Shown: positions 21,568 to 31,845, counted from the stretch's first letter. The stretch is DNA of 64,000 nucleotides from Promethearchaeota archaeon (GCA_048938105.1 JBHLMN010000011.1:96001-160000); one strand, 5' to 3'. The notes: generated by a model not told the origin, from the sequence alone. Numbers and translations are program-made.

Positions 21568-22623
21568 TTGAACGAAACAAAGAGTTTAACAAAAGAAATG
21601 TCTTTTTTAGATAAATTTTTACCAATGTTTATTCTAGGTGCAATGGCAATTGGTTTGTTCATGAATCAATTAGTACCAAATATTCGAGATTTTTTTAGCA
21701 TTGTACAAGTAGAGACAGTTAGTTTACCTATTGCAATCGGATTACTTTGGATGATGTATCCAGTTCTAGCAAAAGTTCAATATGAAAAAATACCAGAGGC
21801 AATGAAAGACTATAAACTTTTTGGAACGTCAATATTTCAGAATTGGGCTCTGGGACCTATTTTTATGTTCGGAGTCGCTTGGATATTTTTATCAGACCTT
21901 CCAGGGTATCGCCAGGGTATCATTTTAGTAGGACTTGCTAGATGTATCGCCATGGTGCTTATTTGGAATATGCTTGCTGGCGGAGATTCTGAAAAGTGTG
22001 CCATTTTGGTCGCTCTCAATAGTGTCTTCCAGATTTTCTTTTATTCTATCTATGCCTGGATTTTTATTGGAATAACCAATTTAGACATTTTAGACATTGC
22101 TAGAAGCGTTTTCATCTTTTTGGGAATCCCACTCATTGCAGGATTTCTTACTAGAGAGGTTTTAAGACATAAAAAGGGTAATCAGTGGTATGATACTGTA
22201 TTTATTCCAAAGTTAAGCCCAACAGCAATCGTTGGACTGCTTTTTACGGTAATCGCAATGTTCTCAATGCAGGGGGAGAAGATCTTATCAAAACCATTTG
22301 ATATCTTGAGAATTGCAATACCTCTCTTAGTTTATTTCTTTGGGATGTTCTTAATTAGTTTTCTTTTTTCCAAATTTATGAAATTTAGATATTCAGAAAC
22401 AGTGACTTTATCATTCACTGCTGCTTCAAACAATTTCGAATTAGCTATCGCAGTGGCCATAGCAACATTTGGAATTGATTCCGACCAAGCATTGGCTACT
22501 GTAGTAGGACCTCTCGTTGAGGTACCAGTTCTATTACTATTGGTTTATCTCGCGCTTTGGTTAAAGAAATTCTTATTTGAAAATGAAACGAAAATTGGTA
22601 AAATGGAGATAGGAAGTCAATAA
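21568..22623 (+). CDS. acr3: Acr3 family arsenite efflux transporter
   Basis: SFLDKFLP, GLLWMMYPVLAKV, GLARCIAMV, AASNNFELAIAVAI, VVGPLVEVPV. Confidence 0.95.
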   Translation: MNETKSLTKEMSFLDKFLPMFILGAMAIGLFMNQLVPNIRDFFSIVQVETVSLPIAIGLLWMMYPVLAKVQYEKIPEAMKDYKLFGTSIFQNWALGPIFMFGVAWIFLSDLPGYRQGIILVGLARCIAMVLIWNMLAGGDSEKCAILVALNSVFQIFFYSIYAWIFIGITNLDILDIARSVFIFLGIPLIAGFLTREVLRHKKGNQWYDTVFIPKLSPTAIVGLLFTVIAMFSMQGEKILSKPFDILRIAIPLLVYFFGMFLISFLFSKFMKFRYSETVTLSFTAASNNFELAIAVAIATFGIDSDQALATVVGPLVEVPVLLLLVYLALWLKKFLFENETKIGKMEIGSQ

Positions 22624-22626
22624 ATA

Positions 22627-22872
22627 ATGTCAAAATTAATTGAAGTTTTTGGCCCGGGATGTGCCAAGTGTAAAGCCTTGAAAAAAAATGCAGAAGAAGC
22701 TCTAAAAATATTGGGTTGGGTTGATACAGAACTTCGGTATATCACAAATATTAAAGAATATGTTGAGAGAGGAATTTTGGCTACACCTGCATTAGCTATC
22801 AATGGAAATGTAGTACTCTCTGGTAAATATCTTCCTACCGATAAATTAGTAGAAATTCTTCAAGAATATTAA
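22627..22872 (+). CDS. Small thioredoxin-fold redox-active disulfide protein (MTH895-like)
   Basis: IEVFGPGCAKC, ILATPALAING; typical of ars operons. Confidence 0.9.
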   Translation: MSKLIEVFGPGCAKCKALKKNAEEALKILGWVDTELRYITNIKEYVERGILATPALAINGNVVLSGKYLPTDKLVEILQEY

Positions 22873-22892
22873 AAAATAAGAGGATTCGCAAT

Positions 22893-23144
22893 ATGAATAA
22901 TGTACTCAAACCAAAAATTGAAGTTATATCTCCTACGGGAGAATGTAGTTGCTCTTTTTCTACTTGGATAAATAAAGTTTGGGATATACTAAATAAATAT
23001 CAAGATAAAATTGAGATTGTAAGCTTAATGTCAGATTCCCCCCGTGTGAAAGAACTTGGGGTTGGAAACAGATCTGTTGTTGTGAACGGGGAGGTTACTA
23101 CTGTATTTGAACTCAAACGAAAGCTGAATGAGCTATTACATTAA
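22893..23144 (+). CDS. Small thioredoxin-fold-like protein with CxC motif
   Basis: KIEVISPTGECSCSF...ELGVGNRSVVVNGE; GAGG upstream of ATG; last gene of the ars operon. Confidence 0.65.
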   Translation: MNNVLKPKIEVISPTGECSCSFSTWINKVWDILNKYQDKIEIVSLMSDSPRVKELGVGNRSVVVNGEVTTVFELKRKLNELLH

Positions 23145-23461
23145 AAACAAATTAACAATGAAAAAGATAAAACTCACCTGAAAACACAATCAACTTTATT
23201 TTTGACCTTATTTATACAATTTTAGGAAAATTATGGAATAATACTAACTTTTTTTTTAAAATCGTTTACAGAGGGGAATATTGAATATATGAGAAAAGTA
23301 CATGACGATTTCCTACTTTTTTTTTGAATTGATACAAATCTTTCATAACAAAATAATCAGCTTTAAAAATTCTAAATTTTGAATCCAAGATAAGCTCATA
23401 AAAGCTATAAAATAGTTTTAAATATTTTAATAGCAACAGATAGTAAACAAAAAGATACGAG

Positions 23462-23713
23462 TTGAATGAAAAAGTGAGGAAATTTGCTTTTGGAGAACTA
23501 GCATACGCGATTGTCGTAGCAGCTGCATATGGGCTTATTATAGGTATATACATAACTACATACATTGACTTCTTTATTAGACTACCACTATATATTATCT
23601 TCTGGGTGCTATTCATATGTTTGCATCTTGCTGGAATATATCTATTAGTTAAACTTGAAAATCATCAAAAAAAAACTAATGAAGCAGCACCACGAAAGAC
23701 TGAACCTGAATAG
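23462..23713 (+). CDS. Small hypothetical membrane protein (2 TM)
   Basis: Two hydrophobic helices and a charged tail; TTG start. Confidence 0.55.
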   Translation: MNEKVRKFAFGELAYAIVVAAAYGLIIGIYITTYIDFFIRLPLYIIFWVLFICLHLAGIYLLVKLENHQKKTNEAAPRKTEPE

Positions 23714-23745
23714 ATTAACTGGAGCTCACACAAATAAGGTTGACT

Positions 23746-25998
23746 TTAAACTTTTGAAAGATCATCTTCAGACATTTTGGATACTAATTCCCAGATTTTT
23801 TCTAATTCTGATAGACATTCAGAAATATTGATTTTAAATTTATTAAGAAGTTGGGGTAATAAATCCCTAAGAATTTCTCTCATATGTACTAAAATCACAT
23901 TATTTTCTTTTTGTTTCTCTCTAAAATCTTTTAATCGCAATTTTACGCCGCGTTGTTCCTGTTCTAACCTATAAACATCTGGGAATCTCTCTTTTAAAAG
24001 ATTCAACATAGTATCTTGGATTTCTAGATGGAATTCTTCAAAAAAGTCTTTCAAGATCTCATTAAAATAAAGAATTCTTTGAGCGTTTAATCTAGTTTGC
24101 CTCTCTTTTTCCAACTCTTCTTGATGTTCTTTTTCTGCTATCCTCATTGCTTCAATTCGTGCTTGCTCCTTCTTTATCGCTAAGTCAATACGATCAGTTA
24201 CTGATTCATCTGTCAGTGTAACCCCAAATGACTCTTCTACTTTTCCTGATAACCGTAAGCTACCTAGTTCATTGAAATCTTCAGCTCCATGGAGAATAAA
24301 TTGTTCCAGCTTAGTTGCTCGTGCATCAATCATTGTTTTCACCCTTAGCTCAGTTAATAATTGATTGATTTTGCTAAAAACCTGTCTTTGTTTTAAAGAC
24401 TTAACCTGAAATTCCAATGACGCCTCATTTTGACAAATAAGACCTACAATTCGGGTTTCATCTGTGGAAAAAAAGACTGAAATATTTCTTCCTTCATGTT
24501 TTTGATGTTTATATAAAAATTCTACAGGATAAAAGCTAATTTCAAAATCTTGATTAGTTTGAAGCAATATTAAACGTAAAACATTCAAACAATGATCAGT
24601 GATGAGCTTAATATGATCTAATAACTGCTTTGTTTGATCTCTTGTAACCATGAATGATTTAATTCCCAAAGTATCCATTCTTTTAGAGCTAATCTCTTTT
24701 GGTGTATCTATTATCATTTCAACAATGTTTGCTTGGTTTATGTCTTGCTTAAGAAAGCCAATAGGAATCAGACCTTGCTCTCGAAGTTCATCTTTTATTT
24801 CAAGAAAATTATATTCTTCCTGTAAGTTGTGTATATACATCTCCATCCAAGCCGACAATAACATATCCATATGTTCGGTTTTAGTGTCAATCTGATCTTT
24901 CAAACGACTTGAAATCCCTCTAATATCGATACAACGCTGTTTAGAATATGAAATAATTGATTGTAAATTCACATTTTGTTCTGAGAGTAATAGATAATTC
25001 CAATTTCCTAGAGAATTTGAAAATCCATTGTTTGGAGAATTTTCTTCAAAATTATGAATATAGAAAAATCTCTCTTCTGGCCTCTGGCCTGGTACTCTTA
25101 TCTGGACATGAAACTTAGCAAAAAGCAATTGTTGAGGATTGCTAGTTCCACTTAACGTTTGTATCATATGTATAGAATTATTTAATTCTTGCTCTAATAC
25201 TTCGTTTTGAACAATTTTTTCATCATATGAAATGGGGGAGAATAGTTCTTTTGAGTCAATATCATAAAAAATAGAACAAGCAAATTCATTTGACCTTCGA
25301 CCAATATCACCAAAAGATTCTAATTCTTTTACGCCATCTTCAAATTTCTTTGCAAAGTAATCTTCTACAAACGGCTGAATAACAAAAAATCCAGCGTCAA
25401 AATAGAATTGAGGATCCATCTTGGTAATAGCGAATTTTTTAGTAATATCTGAGTAAAATTCTGAGGCGAATCCCTTATTTAAGGCACCAGCTAACTCAGC
25501 CATTGCCCATCGTAGATCCAAATTGGGTATTGCTTGTTTTAGAAAAGAAAATAAAGGTACTGCATAAATATCTACAAGATTGGTAGTAATGACTTTTTGA
25601 TTAACTAGTAAACGGGCATGCGTTACTAAATCTTTCTCTATCTTGACCGCCCAATCATAAAGAAGAGAATATATATGAACTAAAGATTCAAAATCCAGTG
25701 TCAAATGCTTTCTGGCAATAATAAGATTTTTAAGTACAACATGAACCCGTTCATCTTCCTCACCTCTATCTCTTGCTTCTTTATCTCTTTTTAATGTGTC
25801 CATCACGTAATTGGCTAGATAAAATGCTGAAACTGCCGTATCGACGTCTGTATTGTATGTATTTACTAAATCCTGTAACAATTCATCGTACATGACTTTA
25901 TATGTCCCAAAAATCTCTAGAACATTTCTTCTTCTTGCAAGTATTTCCTTAAGCTCATCAATCAAAGACATTCCGTAGTCTACAGCCACCAAGATCAC
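23746..25998 (-). CDS. Hypothetical protein, 750 aa, with C-terminal coiled coil
   Basis: Long ORF with no recognisable motif; charged helical stretch KKEQARIEAMRIAEKEHQEELEKERQ. Confidence 0.8.
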   Translation of the reverse strand: MILVAVDYGMSLIDELKEILARRRNVLEIFGTYKVMYDELLQDLVNTYNTDVDTAVSAFYLANYVMDTLKRDKEARDRGEEDERVHVVLKNLIIARKHLTLDFESLVHIYSLLYDWAVKIEKDLVTHARLLVNQKVITTNLVDIYAVPLFSFLKQAIPNLDLRWAMAELAGALNKGFASEFYSDITKKFAITKMDPQFYFDAGFFVIQPFVEDYFAKKFEDGVKELESFGDIGRRSNEFACSIFYDIDSKELFSPISYDEKIVQNEVLEQELNNSIHMIQTLSGTSNPQQLLFAKFHVQIRVPGQRPEERFFYIHNFEENSPNNGFSNSLGNWNYLLLSEQNVNLQSIISYSKQRCIDIRGISSRLKDQIDTKTEHMDMLLSAWMEMYIHNLQEEYNFLEIKDELREQGLIPIGFLKQDINQANIVEMIIDTPKEISSKRMDTLGIKSFMVTRDQTKQLLDHIKLITDHCLNVLRLILLQTNQDFEISFYPVEFLYKHQKHEGRNISVFFSTDETRIVGLICQNEASLEFQVKSLKQRQVFSKINQLLTELRVKTMIDARATKLEQFILHGAEDFNELGSLRLSGKVEESFGVTLTDESVTDRIDLAIKKEQARIEAMRIAEKEHQEELEKERQTRLNAQRILYFNEILKDFFEEFHLEIQDTMLNLLKERFPDVYRLEQEQRGVKLRLKDFREKQKENNVILVHMREILRDLLPQLLNKFKINISECLSELEKIWELVSKMSEDDLSKV

Positions 25999-26124
25999 CT
26001 TAGTAAATTATCTGTATTAATCAGAAGATGCTAGTTAATATGTATTTGCTAAAATGATAAAGCATTTTACATCCCCCTCCTCCCTGTTTACGATAGTAGA
26101 GGTTACATATAATTTAGAGTCCTA

Positions 26125-28236
26125 TTATTTTAGAAGCCTAAGAGAATTTAATATTGTTAAAATTGTCACCCCTACATCACCAAACACTGCAGCCCACATA
26201 GTAGCAAGGCCCATTACTCCCAGTAAAATAAATAGTGCTTTGATTCCTAGTGCCATCACAATATTTTGTTTTGCTAATCTATTGGTTCTTCTAGAAATAT
26301 CGATTGCATCACTTAATTTTGAAGGATTATCTTCCATAATAACTAAGTCTGCTGCTTCAATAGTCGCATCTGAACCGATTCCCCCCATGGCAACACCAAT
26401 ATCAGCTCTTGCAATAACTGGTGCATCGTTTATCCCATCTCCAACAAAAACTACTGCTCCTGCTCCAGAGTTCTTATGAATAAAACTTTCTAATACTTCT
26501 AATTTATTTAAAGGCATCAAATTGGCATAAATTTCTCTTCGATCAATACCTAGCTCTCCTCCAACTCTCTCTGCTACACTTTTAGTGTCACCAGTTAATA
26601 AACCAATAGTTAATACGTTTTGCGACTTTAATTTCTCAATTGCTGTAAAAGAAGTATCTTTAATCTTATCATCAATGATAATATGGCCAATATATTCCCC
26701 ATTTTTTATTACATATACCACAGTTTCATCTCTAATACATTCTGAATGAGGACAATTCACTTTATGTGCTAATTTATCATTCCCTACAACAATTGAATCA
26801 TTCGATGTAGTCTTCATAATGACTCCTAAAGCAGCTAATTCCTCATACTCCTCAATTTGGGTTAAATCGACTTGCTTTCCATATGCTTCACGAATTGAAA
26901 CGGCAATAGGGTGTGTAGAATGTGCTTCAGCGAGGGCGGCATAGTTAAGGACATCATGAGGACTATAATCTGGAGTTGGGACAATTGTAACTACTTGAAA
27001 CTTACCTACGGTTAGTGTTCCTGTTTTATCCCACAGAACGGTCGATACATTATTTAATGAATCAATAATATTAGCCCCTTTAAGTAAGATTCCTTCTCGT
27101 GAGCTCTTGCCAATTCCAGAGAAAAAAACTAAGGGGATAGAGACTACTAAAGCACATGGGCAAGAAATGACTAAAATAACAAATGCCCTGTAGACCCAGA
27201 CATTAAAAACTTGGCCAAAGAAAATAGGGGGAATAACTGCTACTACTAGGGCTACTAAAAGAATTAGTGGGGTATAATAACGAGCAAATCGTGTGATAAA
27301 AAGCTCAGTTTTTGATTTATTTTTCGCTGCATTTTCAACAGCATTTAAGATTCTTGAAACGGTGCTATCAAAATAGGGGGATGTGACTTGAATGTGAATA
27401 CTATTACTTGTTATGGAACCAGATAAAACCTCATCACCGTCTTTCACGGTCACAGGACGAGATTCCCCAGTTAGAGTTGACATATCTAGATTTGTTTGCC
27501 CTTTAACGATTTTTCCGTCTAATGGTATTCGTTCTCCAGGTCTTACAAGAATAATATCACCTGGAGAAATTTCAGCAATGGGTACTGTAGTAATTTTGTC
27601 TGTTTTAACAAGATGAGCCTGATCTGGTCGGATATCCAGTAGAGAGCTAATTGATTTACGTGAATGATTGATAGCTTTTGTCTGAAGATATTCCCCGATT
27701 GTATAAAAAACCATTACTGCTACAGCTTCAGGAAGTTCTTGTATTAGAATGGCTCCAATCGTTGCCACAGCCATCAAAAAATATTCGTTTGTAAAATCAT
27801 GATTTTTCAACTGAAGAATAGCATTCCTGAGTACTTTCCATCCTGCGATAAAATATGCAGAGAATAATGACAAATTCCCTATAAAAATTAGAATTTCTGT
27901 CATTGAGGGATTGGTTAAAATAATTCCTAATACAAGAAGAATCAAGGAAATAACGATCTGAACAATAAATATCCAATCTTTTGTTTGTGATTTCTGGTCT
28001 AGACCTCTAATCAAGGGCATGGCAATAGCCCCTGGTTCAATTTTAGAAATAATTGCGTTTATCTTATCAACGTGAGAATCACATCCTTTTTCTCCACAAT
28101 TAACTGTAAGTACCCTTGTGGCGAAATTTAAGTGCACACTAGAAAAATCTTGATCTCTTAGAGTATTTTCAATCTTTAGTGCACAATTAGCGCAGCTTAG
28201 CCCTTTGATAGAGAATTCATGAATATTCTGACCCAC
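26125..28236 (-). CDS. cadA: Heavy-metal (Cd/Zn/Pb) P1B-type ATPase
   Basis: HMA motif GLSCANCA, LTGES, ISCPCALV, DKTGTLT, GDGINDAP; GGAGG before the GTG start. Confidence 0.93.
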   Translation of the reverse strand: MGQNIHEFSIKGLSCANCALKIENTLRDQDFSSVHLNFATRVLTVNCGEKGCDSHVDKINAIISKIEPGAIAMPLIRGLDQKSQTKDWIFIVQIVISLILLVLGIILTNPSMTEILIFIGNLSLFSAYFIAGWKVLRNAILQLKNHDFTNEYFLMAVATIGAILIQELPEAVAVMVFYTIGEYLQTKAINHSRKSISSLLDIRPDQAHLVKTDKITTVPIAEISPGDIILVRPGERIPLDGKIVKGQTNLDMSTLTGESRPVTVKDGDEVLSGSITSNSIHIQVTSPYFDSTVSRILNAVENAAKNKSKTELFITRFARYYTPLILLVALVVAVIPPIFFGQVFNVWVYRAFVILVISCPCALVVSIPLVFFSGIGKSSREGILLKGANIIDSLNNVSTVLWDKTGTLTVGKFQVVTIVPTPDYSPHDVLNYAALAEAHSTHPIAVSIREAYGKQVDLTQIEEYEELAALGVIMKTTSNDSIVVGNDKLAHKVNCPHSECIRDETVVYVIKNGEYIGHIIIDDKIKDTSFTAIEKLKSQNVLTIGLLTGDTKSVAERVGGELGIDRREIYANLMPLNKLEVLESFIHKNSGAGAVVFVGDGINDAPVIARADIGVAMGGIGSDATIEAADLVIMEDNPSKLSDAIDISRRTNRLAKQNIVMALGIKALFILLGVMGLATMWAAVFGDVGVTILTILNSLRLLK

Positions 28237-28249
28237 TTTTGTAATCCTC

Positions 28250-28612
28250 CTAAGTTGTAGGATGGTCTCGAAGGTGTTCTAATGCATTGGCTATAATCGG
28301 TTCTAAGTGCTCAATTTCGAGCGAATAATAATTTTCTTTTCCATCCCGGCGGTATTTGACAAAATTTCCCTCTCGGAGTTCCTTCAATTGATGAGAGACA
28401 GCTGAAGGGGACAAATCTAAGATCTCACATAGATCACACACACAGAGTTCAGTCTCAAATAAGGCTAGAAGAATTTTAATCCTTGTTTCTCCAGATATTA
28501 ATTTAAAAAATCTTGTCAATTGACCTAAGTTTGATTCATCGATCCTTTTACGGGCAATTTTTATCTGTTGTGGATGTATTTCGATCTTTTTACAAGGTTC
28601 TGCCATTACCAA
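28250..28612 (-). CDS. cadC: CadC/SmtB-type metal-sensing repressor
   Basis: N-terminal Cys/His (PCKKIEIH), TRIKIL, ELCVCDL, SAVSHQLKEL, C-terminal LEH; directly upstream of the P1B ATPase. Confidence 0.85.
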   Translation of the reverse strand: MVMAEPCKKIEIHPQQIKIARKRIDESNLGQLTRFFKLISGETRIKILLALFETELCVCDLCEILDLSPSAVSHQLKELREGNFVKYRRDGKENYYSLEIEHLEPIIANALEHLRDHPTT

Positions 28613-28644
28613 TCGAACTCTATACGAAATAATTCATTTAAGAA

Positions 28645-28693
28645 ATTGTTAACAATAGTTTATAAAACATTTGAACAAATCCTCAAATGTTTT
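28645..28693. promoter_or_regulatory. cadCA promoter/operator with inverted repeat AAAACATTTGA-N8-TCAAATGTTTT
   Basis: 11-8-11 inverted repeat at 28664-28693 overlapping TTTATAAA (28659-28666); second palindrome ATTGTTAACAAT at 28645-28656. Confidence 0.7.
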
Positions 28694-28781
28694 GATGTCT
28701 TTAAAAACATTGAAACACTAAATCCAAGTGGAAAAGGAAAAACTAATAACAAACCTTGAAGAAAAAAAGGAGTAAATAAAT

Positions 28782-28913
28782 ATGATTCTCATCCAAACCT
28801 ATCAAGAGCTCTATTATGCGTTGAAAGTACTTCAAATGCTAAAAGAAAGCGATGAACCGTTGTATGAAAAACTTCATGAACTAATTGATAACCAGATTGA
28901 AAAACTAATTTGA
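28782..28913 (+). CDS. Small hypothetical protein (43 aa), not in the ORF track
   Basis: MILIQTYQELYYALKVLQMLKESDEPLYEKLHELIDNQIEKLI*, preceded by AAGGAG; divergent from cadC. Confidence 0.45.
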   Translation: MILIQTYQELYYALKVLQMLKESDEPLYEKLHELIDNQIEKLI

Positions 28914-29600
28914 TCTATCTGTAACAAATCTCTGATTACAATTATAAATACAATCTGTTTACGTTTTACTCTCTAGGTTCTTTTGCATCATGATAATTAA
29001 TTCTATAAACATCATATTGAGGTTGCTGTACTATTTTCTCCTTCAGATATTTAACCTAAAAGTTTGATAATTTAATGAGAAAAAACTAGGTACACTTTTA
29101 GGCCATTAATTTATTTCAAAACATTTTTATATGCATCATTGTGCAATGACACATGGACGCAAATGCACAATAATAGAAAAAATGATCTAATAAAGGTAAA
29201 TTGCGCTCAATCCCATCTCATAAAACTGAATACTTTGAAGGTACATTCAGATATATTAAAACACTCGGAGCTCCACATAATGAAGTGGAAGAAGACAGAA
29301 AGTAAATTAAAATCTTTCAAACAAAGATCAGAAGCTTGTTGCTTTACAAGACAATTATCTACACTTCTTTAAAAGAAACGTGTATTTAGAAGAAGCACCA
29401 CTGGAATCTATGTGCTTTATCTCCCATCTCATGGTGTCTCCTCCACTAATCTATATTAATGTTAACGAATATTAAGACAAGGGAGGAATCAGATATATCT
29501 CTTGGACTGTAAAAGAATTTAAGTAATAACGACTCTAGGTTAAATGCTCCCCTAGTAACATTAAAGAGTAGAATTTCTCCATAAAAAGGAATGTTAAATT

Positions 29601-30197
29601 TTGCGAATCATTCGAGATCCGAAAACGGTTCAAGTTGTTGTGGAAAAATCACGATATGAAATTTGGAAACTCTTAAAGGAAGAGGGACAATTAACTGCTG
29701 ATGTAATCGCAGAAAAAGTCGACAAGAATGTTAGCACAATTTATCGCCATTTAAAAAAATTGGTTGATGTTGGTTTCGTCAATGAGCACGAGGTCCAAAA
29801 AGGAAATCAAAAATATGTTGTTAAAGAATATACTGCTGAAATGCAAGATGCTTTCTTTGTCTTAAGTAAAGAAGCTGAAAAATTAATCGCATCCCATCCG
29901 GGGGAAATCTCCTATCTCAAAGAGAAAACTCCTCTTATCCTAGAGAACTTCAAGCTCATTGGTTTAGATCCGGGATTGGAAATGAAAAAGGCTGCAGACT
30001 CAATTGGAACCTTATCAATTCGTCTTAGCGAATTTATTGGTGATTTACTAGAGGAAGAAAATCAAGACCCCAAAAAAATTCCATATACTCAAGAATTTGA
30101 AATAATGCGTCGTTATGTTGCCACGTTTCTTACCCAAATTGACCCTGAATTCAACCATCAGGTTGAAACACTTAGAAAACTATTAATGAAAAAATGA
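29601..30197 (+). CDS. Winged-helix (ArsR-like) transcriptional regulator
   Basis: SRYEIWKLL...LTADVIAEKVDKNVSTIYRHLKKLVDVGFV. Confidence 0.85.
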   Translation: MRIIRDPKTVQVVVEKSRYEIWKLLKEEGQLTADVIAEKVDKNVSTIYRHLKKLVDVGFVNEHEVQKGNQKYVVKEYTAEMQDAFFVLSKEAEKLIASHPGEISYLKEKTPLILENFKLIGLDPGLEMKKAADSIGTLSIRLSEFIGDLLEEENQDPKKIPYTQEFEIMRRYVATFLTQIDPEFNHQVETLRKLLMKK

Positions 30198-30274
30198 AAT
30201 TAAAAAGAGTAATTTTCTTCAACTGATGCTCAAACGTCTTTACTTCTATAATTGTTGGCATTTCTTGAAGCCAT

Positions 30275-30769
30275 TCAATCGATATCATAGATAAAGGGGG
30301 GTTTAATTCCCAACATACGAAGATAAACGCATAATTGACCCCGATGGTGGATAATCTCTTCCAAAATTGTTGCTAATGATTCAAAACCACCTATCTGGAC
30401 ACCTCCCCAACAGGTGTAAGTTATTTTTTTGTCCAAATCTGCTTCTGTCAGTTTTGGGAAATTTTCTCTTATATAGGCTTTGACTTTTTCCCCGTATTCG
30501 ATGATTTCAGATGCTGATTTGATATTTTTAGAATTAAATGGAATAATAGAGTAATCATCATCAGAGAACTCTCCTTTTAATGTGCCAGCCATATAAATCA
30601 ATGAAACCATATAAATATGAATCCCAAGTTCTGCTGCACTCATCGCGTCATCAATAGGTTTCCAGTCAAGTTTATTATCGGGAATAAGATTAATAGCTTT
30701 ATCTAGGGTTTTCATTGCATGGTTCAATGTGTAATCTAGCTGTCCTTTAACTGAATCTATTCTAGACAT
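30275..30769 (-). CDS. DinB/DUF664 family protein
   Basis: LDWKP...MSAAELGIHI...EIIHHRGQLCVYLRMLG. Confidence 0.9.
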   Translation of the reverse strand: MSRIDSVKGQLDYTLNHAMKTLDKAINLIPDNKLDWKPIDDAMSAAELGIHIYMVSLIYMAGTLKGEFSDDDYSIIPFNSKNIKSASEIIEYGEKVKAYIRENFPKLTEADLDKKITYTCWGGVQIGGFESLATILEEIIHHRGQLCVYLRMLGIKPPFIYDID

Positions 30770-30855
30770 TTGATTTCATACCTCCATTAACTTAATTCAT
30801 ATGTGTCTCTTGCATTCTATAGACTACATATATTTTATGGTATATTGTAATTCAA

Positions 30856-31710
30856 TTAAGAGAAGAAATCATTACCTTCAAGGAAATCTTGAATACTGGA
30901 TATAACCAATTCAGGGTCATCATACATTATCCAATGACCAGAATTCTCGCTTCTCACTATTTTTAAATCACTTATGTACTTAGATAACCCTTCTAACAAT
31001 CCTGATAAAAGAGCAATATCTTTCATTCCCCAAATTACCAGAGTTGGTACATTAATAACACCACTCCAATCATCAAAACTTAAGTTGGCCCGATAGTAAT
31101 TCACACCGCTAACAATTGCATCTGGTTGAGACCAAGCTTGTATATATTTTTGTCTATCAAATTCATCCTTTACAGAACTAAAAACAGCCCTTTTCAACCA
31201 CATCAAATTATCTTCAAAGAGGAATTTTTCACCATCAGGTTTCATAAACTCAAAAATATAATTACTGGCTTTCTGCTGCTTTTTATCAGTTCTAAGATGT
31301 TTTTGGAAAATTTTAGGATGAGGAGCATTAAGTATAATCAATTTCTTTAACTCATTAGAAAATTTTTCAGCAAAAACATATGATATTACTCCTCCCCAAT
31401 CGTGACCAGCAAGAGTAAATTTTCCAAGATTTAATTCATCAGTCAATTTTTTTATATCTTCAGCTAGAATGTCCACATTATAATTGTTAACTCCCTTAGG
31501 TTTATCTGATAGATTATATCCCCTCATATCAGGTATTATCAGTTTATTCTTATCCTTCAATCCTAGTATTATATTCTTCCAGCCATACCAAAAGTCTGGA
31601 AAACCATGTAATAACACCAAGGGTTCTCCTGAACCTATCAAAATTGTATGAAGTTTGATTCCATTAACCTCTACAAACTGTTCTTCCAGATTGTTGAAAA
31701 TTTCTTTCAT
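30856..31710 (-). CDS. Alpha/beta hydrolase (epoxide hydrolase-like)
   Basis: LLHGFPDFWYGW, PDMRGYNLS, GHDWGG nucleophile Asp, NYYRA, SGHW. Confidence 0.92.
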   Translation of the reverse strand: MKEIFNNLEEQFVEVNGIKLHTILIGSGEPLVLLHGFPDFWYGWKNIILGLKDKNKLIIPDMRGYNLSDKPKGVNNYNVDILAEDIKKLTDELNLGKFTLAGHDWGGVISYVFAEKFSNELKKLIILNAPHPKIFQKHLRTDKKQQKASNYIFEFMKPDGEKFLFEDNLMWLKRAVFSSVKDEFDRQKYIQAWSQPDAIVSGVNYYRANLSFDDWSGVINVPTLVIWGMKDIALLSGLLEGLSKYISDLKIVRSENSGHWIMYDDPELVISSIQDFLEGNDFFS

Positions 31711-31845
31711 TCAATTACCAACTCTTTGTATATTAACAAGTCATTTTGATTTTTAAAACGGTATCTATTCTTAAATAAGGAGGATTTACAACTATAGGTT
31801 TTTATTATCTTTGATAAAAGGCAAGGTACCCTACAAGGAGCTCTT

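Noticed and set aside
23266-23616. 116-aa minus-strand ORF
   Set aside because: Antisense to the more plausible 2-TM ORF 23462..23713 and runs into AT-rich intergenic DNA.
26054-26479. 141-aa plus-strand ORF
   Set aside because: Antisense shadow of the conserved cadA C-terminus.
19116-28913. Metal-resistance region as a mobile genomic island
   Set aside because: No integrase, transposase, tRNA or flanking direct repeats are visible, and composition looks similar to the rest of the window.
29139-29372. 77-aa plus-strand ORF
   Set aside because: No ribosome-binding site, motif or recognisable composition; cannot be supported as a gene.
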